From Macrostomum lignano (taxonomy: Eukaryota): a stretch of 64,000 bases of DNA. The translations under genes and the position numbers were made by a program. The stretch is taken from the NCBI GenBank assembly GCA_002269645.1, contig NIVC01000701.1:124001-188000 (forward strand), written 5' to 3'. Numbering within the stretch: the first letter of the stretch is position 1; every line of letters begins with the position of its first letter. Of this stretch, positions 24,040 to 37,400 are shown piece after piece. The notes under the pieces were generated by a model that was given only the letters and a program-made list of their open reading frames with translations, did no database searches and was not told the DNA's origin.

Positions 24040-27000
24040 TTCCGTCACTCTCACTGGTCACTGACTGATCTGCTTCCGTCACTCTCACTGGTCACTCTGA
24101 CTGATCTGCTTCCGTCACTCTCTGGTCTCTCTGACTGATCTGCTTCCGTCACTCTCACTGGTCACTCTGACTGATCTGCTTCCGTCACTCTCACTGGTCA
24201 CTCTGACTGATTTGCTTCCGTCACTCTCACTGGTCACTCTGACTGATCTGCTTCCGTCACTCTCACTGGTCACTCTGACTGATCTGCTTCCGTCACTCTC
24301 ACTGGTCACTCTGACTGATTTGCTTCCGTCACTCTCACTGGTCACTCTGACTGATCTGCTTCCGTCACTCTCTGGTCTCTCTGACTGATCTGCTTCCGTC
24401 ACTCTCACTGGTCACTCTGACTGATTTGCTTCCGTCACTCTCACTGGTCACTCTGACTGATCTGCTTCCGTCACTCTCTGGTCTCTCTGACTGATCTGCT
24501 TCCGTCACTCTCACTGGTCACTCTGACTGATCTGCTTCCGTCACTCTCACTGGTCACTCTGACTGATCTGCTTCCGTCACTCTCTGGTCTCTCTGACTGA
24601 TCTGCTTCCGTCACTCTCACTGGTCACTCTGACTGATCTGCTTCCGTCACTCTCACTGGTCACTCTGACTGATTTGCTTCCGTCACTCTCTGGTCACTCT
24701 GACTGATCTGCTTCCGTCACTCTCACTGGTCACTCTGACTGATCTGCTTCCGTCACTCTCACTGGTCACTCTGACTGATCTGCTTCCGTCACTCTCACTG
24801 GTCACTCTGACTGATCTGCTTCCGTCACTCTCACTGGTCACTCTGACTGATTTGCTTCCGTCACTCTCACTGGTCACTCTGACTGATCTGCTTCCGTCAC
24901 TCTCTGGTCTCTCTGACTGATCTGCTTCCGTCACTCTCACTGGTCACTCTGACTGATTTGCTTCCGTCACTCTCACTGGTCACTCTGACTGATCTGCTTC
25001 CGTCACTCTCACTGGTCACTGACTGATTTGCTTCCGTCACTCTCACTGGTCACTCTGACTGATCTGCTTCCGTCACTCTCTGGTCTCTCTGACTGATCTG
25101 CTTCCGTCACTCTCACTGGTCACTCTGACTGATTTGCTTCCGTCACTCTCACTGGTCACTCTGACTGATCTGCTTCCGTCACTCTCTGGTCTCTCTGACT
25201 GATCTGCTTCCGTCACTCTCACTGGTCACTCTGACTGATTTGCTTCCGTCACTCTCACTGGTCACTCTGACTGATCTGCTTCCGTCACTCTCACTGGTCA
25301 CTCTGACTGATCTGCTTCCGTCACTCTCACTGATTTGCTTCCGTCACTCTCTGGTCACTCTGACTGATCTGCTTCCGTCACTCTCACTGGTCACTCTGAC
25401 TGATCTGTTTCCGTCACTCTCACTGGTCACTCTGACTGATCTGCTTCCGTCACTCTCACTGGTCACTCTGACTGATTTGCTTCCGTCACTCTCACTGGTC
25501 ACTCTGACTGATCTGCTTCCGTCACTCTCTGGTCTCTCTGACTGATCTGCTTCCGTCACTCTCACTGGTCACTCTGACTGATTTGCTTCCGTCACTCTCA
25601 CTGGTCACTCTGACTGATCTGCTTCCGTCACTCTCTGGTCTCTCTGACTGATCTGCTTCCGTCACTCTCACTGGTCACTCTGACTGATTTGCTTCCGTCA
25701 CTCTCACTGGTCACTCTGACTGATCTGCTTCCGTCACTCTCTGGTCTCTCTGACTGATCTGCTTCCGTCACTCTCACTGGTCACTCTGACTGATCTGCTT
25801 CCGTCACTCTCACTGGTCACTCTGACTGATTTGCTTCCGTCACTCTCACTGGTCACTCTGACTGATCTGCTTCCGTCACTCTCACTGGTCACTCTGACTG
25901 ATCTGCTTCCGTCACTCTCACTGGTCACTCTGACTGATCTGCTTCCGTCACTCTCACTGGTCACTCTGACTGATCTGCTTCCGTCACTCTCACTGGTCAC
26001 TCTGACTGATTTGCTTCCGTCACTCTCACTGGTCACTCTGACTGATCTGCTTCCGTCACTCTCTGGTCTCTCTGACTGATCTGCTTCCGTCACTCTCTGG
26101 TCTCTCTGACTGATCTGCTTCCGTCACTCTCACTGGTCACTCTGACTGATTTGCTTCCGTCACTCTCACTGGTCACTCTGACTGATCTGCTTCCGTCACT
26201 CTCACTGGTCACTCTGACTGATCTGCTTCCGTCACTCTCTGGTCTCTCTGACTGATCTGCTTCCGTCACTCTCACTGGTCACTCTGACTGATTTGCTTCC
26301 GTCACTCTCACTGGTCACTCTGACTGATCTGCTTCCGTCACTCTCTGGTCTCTCTGACTGATCTGCTTCCGTCACTCTCACTGGTCACTCTGACTGATTT
26401 GCTTCCGTCACTCTCACTGGTCACTCTGACTGATCTGCTTCCGTCACTCTCACTGGTCACTCTGACTGATCTGCTTCCGTCACTCTCACTGATTTGCTTC
26501 CGTCACTCTCTGGTCACTCTGACTGATCTGCTTCCGTCACTCTCACTGGTCACTCTGACTGATCTGTTTCCGTCACTCTCACTGGTCACTCTGACTGATC
26601 TGCTTCCGTCACTCTCACTGGTCACTCTGACTGATTTGCTTCCGTCACTCTCACTGGTCACTCTGACTGATTTGCTTCCGTCACTCTCTGGTCTCTCTGA
26701 CTGATCTGCTTCCGTCACTCTCACTGGTCACTCTGACTGATTTGCTTCCGTCACTCTCACTGGTCACTCTGACTGATCTGCTTCCGTCACTCTCTGGTCT
26801 CTCTGACTGATCTGCTTCCGTCACTCTCACTGGTCACTCTGACTGATTTGCTTCCGTCACTCTCACTGGTCACTCTGACTGATCTGCTTCCGTCACTCTC
26901 TGGTCTCTCTGACTGATCTGCTTCCGTCACTCTCACTGATCTGCTTCCGTCACTCTCACAGATCTGCTTCCGTCCCTCTCACTGATCTGCTTCCGTCAAC

Positions 27001-27060
27001 CTCACTGATCTGCTTCCGTCACTCTGACTGATCTGCTTCCATCACTCTGACTGATCTGGT
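24040..27060. repeat. 3-kb satellite, 36-bp unit CTGATCTGCTTCCGTCACTCTCACTGGTCACTCTGA with higher-order structure
   Basis: Visible tandem units; rare variants recur at a 1159-bp offset. Confidence 0.97.
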
Positions 27061-27173
27061 TCCGTCTCAGACTCAGTGCAACCTTAATAAGACAATCGAG
27101 TGTTTCCACCCGATCCCAGCGTAAAGCTTCAAAGTCCCATTCCGTGCAGCTGGCATGCCGCATCTCTTCAGTT

Positions 27174-30100
27174 TCACTTGGCCCTGCCGGTGACCAAATT
27201 GCTCTTGGAGCCCGGCTGCTCTCCGCCGGCCGGCTCGGCGTCTCCTTCGAAACCGCGGTCGCGTCTGTCGACAGAGCAGAAAAACAGATGGTGAGAAAAG
27301 AATCTCCCCATTCTCCAAAGCTCAATATTTCCCAAAACTTAATATTCTCTAAAACTCCCCATTACCCAAACCTCTCTTACTTAAACCTCTCCATTACTCA
27401 AAAATCCCCATTACCTAAAAATCCCCATTACCCAAGCCTCCCCATTACCCGAAACTCCCCATTACCTAAAAATCCCCATTACCTAAAAATCCCCATTACC
27501 CAAGCCTCCCCATTACCCAAAACTCCCCATTACCCAAAAATCCCCATTACCCAAAACTCCCCATCACCCAAAACCTTCCATTACCCAAACCTCAATCTCC
27601 CTAAAACATTTCGCTTTCTTAAACTCTAAACTTCTCAAAAGTTCCCATGCCCATTCCATGAAAATCTGAATTACCTCAAAACCAGTCATTGTAAAAAAAC
27701 AACCCCCATTCTCCGAAACTCTACATTCATAGAAAATCATAATTTCCTAAAACTTTCCCGACGCCTAGCAACCGCGTCACCGATGGCTTGACTGTCTGAG
27801 GCAGAATCCAATGCATAAGCTACTGGTTTGAAACTCACTGGTCGCGGCGGAAGGCGCGCACACCGTAGAGGACGCCGCAGGTGGCTACAGGGGCGGCGCC
27901 GAGCCACACGGTGGGCGACAGCAGACAGAGCAGCAGGGGCACCACGGCGGCGCTGCGGCGAAGCGATTGGCAATTTTGTTTGTTCGTGCCAATTTTTCCC
28001 TGTCTGGTTAATTAATCCTAGTCATGACTTTTGAGCCAAAATTATTGACTTTTACATCGTAGCCGACAATTAAGAAAAATAAACTCTACGAGTATATTTA
28101 GGATTCTTAAAAATCATGATTTTAAGTTCCTGAAGTTCTAGTTTTATAATGAAACATCCTAAGTCCTAGGGTTATTGCGTCATAGCGGGCGAGAGACAAC
28201 AATAATTTTGGCATCCTGAATCTAAGCTGGATTACATTTTAAGATTAATTTCCATTCTTTAATGTAGCAATGGTTTTTATAATTATTTGGATTTCAAGGC
28301 TTCAATCATTCTTAGAAGTCACAGACCTTCTGCAACTTCGGTAGACCAGAGAGGCCCAGCAGTGTAAAGGGCATGGTTGTGATTTTTTCGTTAGAGTTAG
28401 AGGCAGGGGGTGTGCACCCTGGCGCACTTTAAGCGACATTGTCACACAACCGGTGAGAGGCATTACTGCATATTCCGCCGACTTCCCTGAGCAGGCACAC
28501 AAGCGCGCGAATACGTACGCAGGCACACACTCACACAGGAGTGTACAGCGGCCCTTAACTTTATTCATCCTAAGGCATGTACACTTCACTGTGCCTTGGG
28601 TGTTGGCCCGCAATGGCGTTAATTGCCCGAGCAGAGCCAAGCCGAGATTCCAATTCAGCCCCAAATTAATGTGGGCTGCACTGGGAATCGAGCCTGGGCC
28701 GCTGGCACATCAGAGCGCTGTGCTGGACCACTGGGCTACGCCCCCCCTTTTGTAGAGATGTTGGTGCTGCATTTGACTTTGAATTTTTTTACTGATGAGT
28801 GAATCCAAACTATTAGCAAATTAGAAGCAGAAAGAAAAGCACTGAAGACACATTCCCAGCTCACACAAAGTAGACCACAGCGCGCAGTAGGTAGGAGAAT
28901 CGCTGCGAGAATTCGTAAACCCGATTGGTGCAGGCCAAACCAATGCAGCAGAGAGGCGCCTCCAGCACAATGAGGATGGTGCCAATGATGCTGCGGTGTG
29001 ACAATTATATTTACTGATTGTAGGTTTAATTAATTCAAATAAAGCCAGCAATATGTACTTACCTAAGGATAGTGCCAGCGGCAAAGCAGGCTGACTTCAG
29101 AGTCAGGCAGTTCAGGATGCCCAGGCTGAATGAAACTATAATAAATGATTCAAGAATTCAAATGGCTTAATCAGACAATGAAATCATGACAGTATAAATG
29201 ACAATGTCGATAAGAGCATGAACATGGGAAGAAAGTCGAGTCAAGGATAAAGAGATTAGTACATAGTCTAGAATTTACCAATAAGTCTATTCATTAGCAA
29301 TTTGACCAAAAAGTATTCAAAAACTTTGGTAGATACTGATCATCATTCTTGCTATTGCTTAGGCCTAGTCAATTAAAAATGTACAAAAAAGTATCAACTT
29401 TAGCACCTCTTAGATTTGATCTATTTTGAATATTGAATATGTGGTTTTAGTTTTTTTTAATATTGAATAAAAGTATCAAATAGTAAATAAGCTGCTGATT
29501 GTGCTATGCTATTGGGTTTGTTTCAAACATTTGTACTGATTACTAATTTTAATTACTTTTATTCTGATTAGGATACTATTCTAGGGTGTTTACCAAAGCA
29601 AATAGAAAGCTATTGAAAGCTTATAAAAAAATATGAGTATATAATAAATGATTAATTTTTTTTGTTACTTGGTTTGTAAGTTAATAAAGAAATTAGGCTC
29701 CAAGTAAAAGTTTGGCTTTGATCTAATAAAAGTAAAACAGTTATAAGATGCAAAGCAGATTTATTATTTTCTTATAAGACTTTGTAACTAAGAAAGTGTA
29801 ATTAATCTTCAAATCAAATTTTGGGATCTAATAGACCCAGTGGCGTAGCCAGGGGGGGGGGGCAGGAGGGCCACAGGGAAGGGGGGCAAGAAGGCCACAG
29901 CCCCTCCCAATCACCTAGGGATGGGGTTGGGCATGGCAGGTACCTAAAAACCATGAGGCAATTGAGTGCCTGCAGTACTAAAATGAGTGCCTGCAGTGCC
30001 GAAATGAGTGCCTATAGCGCCAAAAGTGGCAATGGCATAAAGCATGGCTAGCTAGACCAACCTAGCCCCCTTCCCAATTGAAATTCCTGGCTACACCACT

Positions 30101-30707
30101 GAATAGACCCTACAATGATTTTTCTATGTATTTCTTATACCATGATGAATTTTCAATTATTGTGGCCTCACCTTTTGAAGGTTAATAATATTTTTAGCCC
30201 AAGGAGCCAAGAGTTTATTTACTCAAAAAATAGGCTATTTATCTATTTGCTAGTGAGATAGTTAGAATTTATAGGCCAAGAAAAGAGGAGGATAAGACTA
30301 GGAACTCTAAGCAAAAGTCTATTATAACTTAATTAATAAAAACTCATATTATCCTTCATAGTAATAATTTATAATGGATATAAAAAAATATTGATTTATT
30401 TAATGTCTTACTTAATGTCATAATGAGTTAATGTTTAGATGCAAAAATGAATAAAATAAAACTGCAAAATATTCAATCTTGTTTAATTTGAATTCATTTT
30501 AATAGACATTGGTCTAAACAAGGAACTAGTTATTTTAGTGACAAATATATATAAGGCATTAAGTATCCATTATTTACAAATTTCAAAATATTTAAAATAT
30601 TTAAAATACTTACCAATTCCAGCAATAAAACCAACTCCTTGAGCAACATACTGAATGTAGCGATCAGCATATGCCATCTCATTAAAATTATCAGATGACA
30701 TTGACAT
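27174..30707 (-). CDS. CACFD1: Calcium channel Flower homolog, 5 exons, ~165 aa
   Basis: GT-AG exons 30707-30614, 29135-29063, 28990-28865, 27952-27839, 27264-27174 join in frame: MSMSSDNFNEMAYADRYIQYVAQGVGFIAGIVSFSLGILNCLTLKSACFAAGTILSIIGTILIVLEAPLCC...LLRAVVYFVAAVVPLLLCLLSPTVWLGAAPVATCGVLYGVRAFRRDQRDRG...GRAK*. Matches recalled Flower motifs (LFNC, EAPFCC, AVFY, AVVP, GVLYG). Confidence 0.92.
27340..27620. repeat. Degenerate ~20-bp minisatellite (CCCCATTACC core), Flower intron 4
   Basis: Visible tandem units. Confidence 0.85.
28310..28745 (-). mobile_element. tRNA-derived SINE in Flower intron 3
   Basis: Minus-strand head GGGGGCGTAGCCCAGTGG...GGCTCGATTCCCAGTG (28745-28672) with A-box- and B-box-like motifs; body repeated at 18956-19212; 3' boundary approximate. 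Confidence 0.8.
29838..30101. mobile_element. hAT-type MITE (264 bp) in Flower intron 1
   Basis: TIRs CAGTGGCGTAGCCAGG / CCTGGCTACACCACTG; 8-bp TSD AATAGACC at 29830-29837 and 30102-30109. Confidence 0.88.
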
Positions 30708-33700
30708 TTTAGCTCTAAGACTAGACCTACTATGCCTATAGGCTATATAACTAGGGGGCCTATAATAGCCTTTATAATAGGCCGCCTATTAAGCTTTAGA
30801 ATAAATGAATCTAGGCTTACTTGGACTTAAAATCAGACAAAATCCAATGTCTATGTCTACTAAGTAATCTACTTATTTTACCTTAATGACAAGCTATTAG
30901 CAATAACTTTAGAGTAGGTCTGGTGACGTGAGTAGCTTTTTAATGTATAAAATCGCTAGAATATAGACTGTATTTTGTCTTTAAAGTTTCAAGTTCAAGA
31001 CTTAATCTGGCAAAAGAAATCCAGAAATAGCAATACTACTCAAAAGTCTTACGAATAATTGAATCATCCTCACTCTGGAACTGGAACTGAACCTAATACT
31101 GCATTTCTAATCTCTTGAAAGAGGTTTTCACTCATAGGCTCTGAAGAAATAGTAATTTGATGGACGAGTTAAATTCATACAATAACAGCCATAATAAGCA
31201 CATTAACAAAACTTTAAATTTTATTGCCTTAGCTGTGATTGAATTAACAGCGTTTAATCTAAAAATAAAACGATTTAGTATAAACAAGCACAATCTTTAT
31301 TGCTGGTTGCTCGGTTCTTAAGCCAAAAAGTTTAAAGTTCGACATGTCAGTCCAATCATTTCAGTTGAACCCCTATAAAAGCAAGAAGTCGGTTAAAGCA
31401 GATTCATTAAAAGCTAAAACATTCCCATCAATTTACTTATTACGATTAGCACTAGCAGAAGCAGGGACTACTGAAACAGCTGTTTGTTATTATCGTTCTG
31501 CCCCTGTTTCTCCTAGCAGGTTTACTGCCCAAATGCAAGGAGCAGAAGAATTAAGTGGAGCCTGGATACTGAAAGCTGAATAAATTATTTTGGCACTAAA
31601 GGTCGGCGAAAGCGAAAGGCAAGGCTTTGGTTTTAGTTAGATACTTAGTTACCGCTACTGCTGTTTTTTCACTAGTTCCTGATCAGTAGCACAAAATTAA
31701 GCGATAAGTCCAATATATACATGTATAATCCCACATCTTAAAAAAAACTGACAGGGGGAAGAGCATGCAGCCACTATTCAGTTAAATAGCAATCGGCCCA
31801 TATGTCTCCGATTTCGCGTACTGTAATCGGACTGTAATCGCGTACTAAAATTGATCCAATTTTTATACTGTGAATCACTATAAACATTTTTTGGCTAGTA
31901 GCAATAGTATATTTGCAGCAATTTTACACTAGGCGTCTAAAAATTGGAACGCAGCTGAATAAAACTGCGCGAATGTATCACTCAATACAGAGATAATTAA
32001 TGTAATTATGTACATGCATCACGATCGTCGGGTCTACTGTGTGAGATGAAATTATGATTATTACAAGGTACTCTTACATGGGAATGTTCGTCGCTAGGCA
32101 TAAAAGTTTTTCTTGTTTTTTGGGTGAATGATCTTTTTTCGCGGGGATCAAGCATCTGAGTTTTAAAAATGTCATAATTATCTTTATTTTTAATTCTTGA
32201 CAAGGCTTTCTTGTTTTGTTGTACAGCTTTGGTTTGCCAACTGGGAGTTTCTCCACAGGGGAATATTCTCCTGCAGCAACTTTTCATGCAAAAGTGCGTA
32301 TCGCGATCATAAATCAGATCATTTGCAGATTACGGAGATCACTTTTACGTCAGAATAACAGATTTTTGTTCCATTGGCACGACAGGGGTATCCATGCAAC
32401 CCTACGAGCTACATTATACAACAATACATGTGTATGAGTTCAGAGGTTAGTGGATCTAGCGAAACCGCGTAAATTGACTTATTTCAGTTATCTACAGGGT
32501 TGGTTCGATGACATACATGTAGCGTTTAAGCTTGAACTCGCAAGTTATTGCTCTTTTTATTCATACGACCTATTGTCGCTAATAAAAGAAGAGCCCGAAT
32601 ACCATATAAATTCATGTAGCCTTGGGTGCTGGGGTCGCGGGTTGGTCAGGAAGGTCTGCCAGTCACGCCTTCAGCGTGTTTTTTGTAGAGAAGAGCTGAG
32701 GATGTTTGTCTAGTTGCGCGAGGAACACGGCGTGCTGTGAGATGGCTATAGTCTCGGACTACATGTAGCACTGCAGATTCGAACCGATGTCTCGGTTTGA
32801 AGATTATAGCAGTGACAAACGAAGACCAGGTGTTTTATCACTTAGATTTTCATCACTTCATTTCACACTACCAATGATTTTAAGCACAAAGGACCCTCTA
32901 AAACAGGGAAAAATCCTGCGGGAAAGCTCCGGCTGGAAAAACTCGTCGGGAAAACTGGGCCGGGAAGCTCCTGACCGAAAAAGCATGCAGGGCATAAAAA
33001 ACTCGTGCTCCCGCCATTATTTTTCTTTTATAGTGCAAAAAATTCCGCTAATTAATCTACATGCATATGTACAAATGATGCATCTAAGACAAACGTTTGC
33101 CTCCCAAATGTTTGGTTAACAACTACTGCACAGTGCAGTGCATAATCAGAAAGCGGATTAGCATTTCCTCATGAAAATGCATTGGCCGCGGGTTATAAGT
33201 CTACATGTAGATCATGTCTCATGCGCCGCTTTACGGCAGCCTTCTTTATCAAGATCTGGCGATCGACTTCGGATAATTAGGCTTACGCAGAGGAAATTTA
33301 TGAGGCCAGAAAAGGCGGCAGCGACGCATGATTGGAACTGGAAACTACGGAATTTTTATCGCTACACAGGTGCAGTATATTGGATAGTACTCTTTTTAGT
33401 TTCTTTGAAAAGAAAATAAATATTGCATTGATCTACATTAATTCTGACTGCTGCTATGGTAGCTACGGCTCGTATCTTCAAGCATTACTATCCATGCACA
33501 GTTTACGACCTACATGACCTGAAAGAAGGCATCTACCTACATGTATAACCATGCCGTGTACCTGCAGAATGGATGAAAGTCGTTGGCTCTTAGCTCGTAT
33601 GTGACGCAGCTGATTGCAAGTGATCGCATAGGCACAGCAGCGTCCATCAATTGGGCCATACTTAAACATAGGAAAGGACGTTTAAAAGATGCCACAGAGC

Positions 33701-34297
33701 GAATGTCTTTCCCCCAAGCCGCTGTGTTAGTCGTGTCGTCGCTTGTTTTTAAAAAGATTTTTATTCCAGACGTTGATCATTACAAGTCACAAAGATCCTT
33801 ATATTGCATAGTATACTTATAGTTTAAAGTCGAAAATCAGAGGGCCGTGCACCCCCATCGCCCGCCAAAGAACCGCGGCCCTACAGAAAGTACAAACTTC
33901 ATAAACGCCCGAAATCGAATCGAGGCCAGCAAGCTTGATGAATGACAAAGATCGCTCCATTTTAATCACCTCTTGCAGATGACATTTGCATACCTATTCA
34001 GAAACATACCTGTTTTTCAGAAACAGAGTACCCACCAATAGCCAGGGCCCCCAAATGTTTGCGCTTCTAAGTGTGGTGCGCACAACACAATTTCCTACGT
34101 ACACCATGGTTGGAGAGACTGCCAGCTTTATAAAGCATATATCTACATACATGCATGTATGTTAAATGTAAATTTTTCCCTAGGTCAGTCCAGCAAAGAA
34201 TCCCCTTTGCGTGGAATGATCACTCCTTGAGATACAACAGCATGCCTAATGTAACAAATTCAGACTTGTAAATTTTCAATATCTTCTGAACCGGCAC

Positions 34298-34339
34298 ATT
34301 GGCCAATCAGATGACCGGTGAATGCTGGGGCTATATAAG
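34298..34339 (+). promoter_or_regulatory. Core promoter of the DEG/ENaC gene (palindromic CCAAT + TATA)
   Basis: ATTGGCCAAT at 34298-34307 and TATATAAG at 34332-34339, ~70 nt before the ATG. Confidence 0.55.
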
Positions 34340-34410
34340 CGGGATTCTGTAACGCATCCTCTTCAGAATACTCGTAGATCGCTTCATCTTCATCGTGCAA
34401 ACCTAGCGAC

Positions 34411-37400
34411 ATGGCCTACGCCGGTAAGACAAAATATGAACTCTTGATGGAGGCGCTGACCACCAGCACAGCTCACGGCATTAGCAGAGTGGCAATTACC
34501 AAGGCTGGCCCGCTCAAAGCGATGTGGGCAATCCTGTTCGCCGTGTTTCTTGGTCTATTTCTTAACACGGCCAGGGGCCTCGTGAAGAAGCTGCAGAGTG
34601 TGGAGCTGACTTCGACCTACGAGGCTGGCCGCGTGTCTTTCGTGTTTCCCGAGCTGTACTTTTGTCCGAACAGTCAGTACTCGGGCAGTTATCCGTTCTC
34701 GTTGAGTAGTGCGGAAGCGAAAGCTGTGAATGACGAAGTGGCTCGGTTGAGCAGTCTGTACGACAGCCAGACAAATGACAGCGATGTGCTGCTCAAAGCC
34801 TCCGCTATTCAGAACTCGCTGCCTGTTGGCATGGCGATCAGGTGGGTGCATGGTATGGGATAGGCTTTGTAGAGATAGGCCTTCATAGAGCAGGGACTTG
34901 CCTGCGAAGTTGTACTTGCGCAAGGTGCATGGGCTGAGCAGGGGTGAGTAAACATGAAATGGAACAATTCTTACTATCATCCAGAGGTGGCTATGATCTT
35001 CTACATGTGTGCCCAACAGTCAGGCCAAGGTCGGTTTTTAATTTCTTACTCGGTGTCAAAAGTTATCAACCGTTGAGCCAGGACCTCACCTGTGGACACA
35101 TGCGCTCGAGTTTTATTTAAATATTATTATAATGACTGCTGTATTTCAGTATGCGATTCTTCTTGTGAATGTCGCAAATTGCATAATGTGATTTGATCGA
35201 CCCCAACCAGGTACCTTGCGCTGCGCAAGCTGCAGTCGGTGCTGCGCAGCGAGCTGGTGAGTCACTTCCGGGTCGACCAGGTGGCTATGGAGGAGTTTTA
35301 CCACCCGACTAACCTGATCTGCTTTCGGCCGGTGCTCACACCAAAGCTGCGCCAGCACATGCAGACAAGCGGCAGCGTCCTGCACGTGTGGCTGTCTACA
35401 GATCCGTACTTCTCAGACTTCAACTATACCGGAGAGTCGATTCGGCCGATCAAAGACAGACTCGGTAACGAGTCGCTGGAGTTCACTGAATGGCAGCATG
35501 CTGGAGGGGCCGAGGACTTAAAGGCAGGTTGCAATGCTTACCGTCAGGAGCTGCTGCTTATTGCTTAATATGAGATGACCATAATGTTGGAAAACAACAC
35601 GAAAATTCACTATGCTCGTAAATTGAGCCGTCGATTACTCAGAGGTTTTCAGACTTTTTACTTGTATCTCACACGTTTTGCTCTGAAAAACTTTACACCT
35701 AGTTACATGGGGAGAGCGGAAGGGCTGATAACAAGCGTCTGCTAATCTATACATGTCCATGTACATGGGGCAAAAGTTCTAGGATCAGTAGAACATTGTA
35801 CACAACCTCACAATCAACAAAACCGCAAAGACAACCAAGCTACGTACGTTTAAAAGATTTCATAGCCACAACATTTTAAGAGATGGTTCCCGACGTCCGC
35901 GGGGATTTGCGGCGTCGCCGCGGGCTTGCCTGGGCTGCTTTTCGTTCTGTGAGGCCAGCCATGCAGTCCGAGATCCTACCATCTACTACCATCCAATGAT
36001 TAGACCTGGACGGTGCCTGCGAGATCGGCGACGAGAGGGTTTCCAACCCGGCACTGTACGAGCGTATGACCGCGCTGGCCTAATCCGTCCAGCCATATCA
36101 TCCTCGCCGAGTACCGCATGTACCGCCCACAGACTGTGCAGGAGGCGTTGCTGCCATCGGCGCGAGGAGTAGTGCACTATGTAGCCTACGTTCACGCCCA
36201 GGCTCTGAGACGCACCCTGTGACGTTGATGTCTTTGTGAACTGACTCAGCGTATTCTATTTTTTTTGTTCAGAGATCATAAAGTCTGGAAAACTCAGAAC
36301 AAAACAAATTTGCTTGTTCGGTTTCTTTTTCTCTCATAAAAGACTTAACTATTATTGGCTTCAGATCTCCGGCTACACCATGATGCTGGTACCGCCGGGT
36401 GAATATCCGATGGTGGCGCCAAGCAGCAGCTTCCTGGTTGCTCCTGGCAACGGTTACTCGGTAGCGCTGGAGATGGAGGAGAGCGCCGCCAGCGAGGAGC
36501 TTCACGGAAATGAATGCGTGCCTGGCTCACCGGATGTTCTTTACCGGGATCATCTGACAGGCGAGTATCTTGGCTCTCTAGCTGGGGGCATTTTCTTGAG
36601 GTTAAATTTCAGGCAGAGAGTTATTATTCAGCTACTTTAATCACATCTGACTTTTACTTTCAACCCATTGGCTTGCAGAAAGACCGCTGGAGTTTCACTA
36701 CAACCACCTGACCTGTTTTCACCGTCACAAGCACGAATTGTTTATTAACGCGTTCGGCTGCCAGCCGTCCGGTTATCCCCTGTTCTGGGAGCACCGGGCC
36801 TGGCCGAGGTGCCTCAACCTGTCCGAGGCGTCCAGCGCGGTGCTGACCAGACTTCGCTCGGCCAGTCTGGAGGAGACCACCCAGATTGATAAGCAGGCCA
36901 GCGCCAGCTGCTCCAAACGAATCCCCTGCCATTCCCGTTCCTACCGGGCCGTGTTCTCGTTCGGCCGCTGGCCTGGCGTTGGCAGCTCCACAATTGGTTA
37001 CTTCGCCAAGGAGCATCAGGCAGTCTCGGAGGCGGAGGCGCCAGCCCGATGGCGGCTCACTCGGATGGCCCGCCAGCTGCTGCAACCGGGCGGTCACTCG
37101 GCTCACCTGGAGAGTTTGTTTCGCTCCTACGTGGCCGAGTCACATCTGCGGGTGAGCGTCTGGGGCTCCTCCGCCCGGTCACCTCTAGTTGTGCTGTCGG
37201 CCTCGTACTCTTGGACTGCTTTTCTTGCTGACACGGGCGGCCTGTTGGGCCTCTACATCGGCTGCAGCCTGCTCACCTTGTGCGAATTGCTCGACCTGTT
37301 CTACATGCTGCTGGAGGGCCGCCTGCTCTGCGCCACAAAGAAATGCAAGCGACGGAACGGCCAGGATTCGGCTGCGGCCGATGAAGGTCGAGAGCCGACA

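Noticed and set aside
27071-27290. Plus-strand open frame with AG and GTGAGA boundaries
   Set aside because: Overlaps the Flower terminal exon antisense; no partner exons.
31344-33822. Scattered 60-110-aa ORFs between Flower and ENaC
   Set aside because: No motifs recognised; consistent with random ORFs or decayed repeats.
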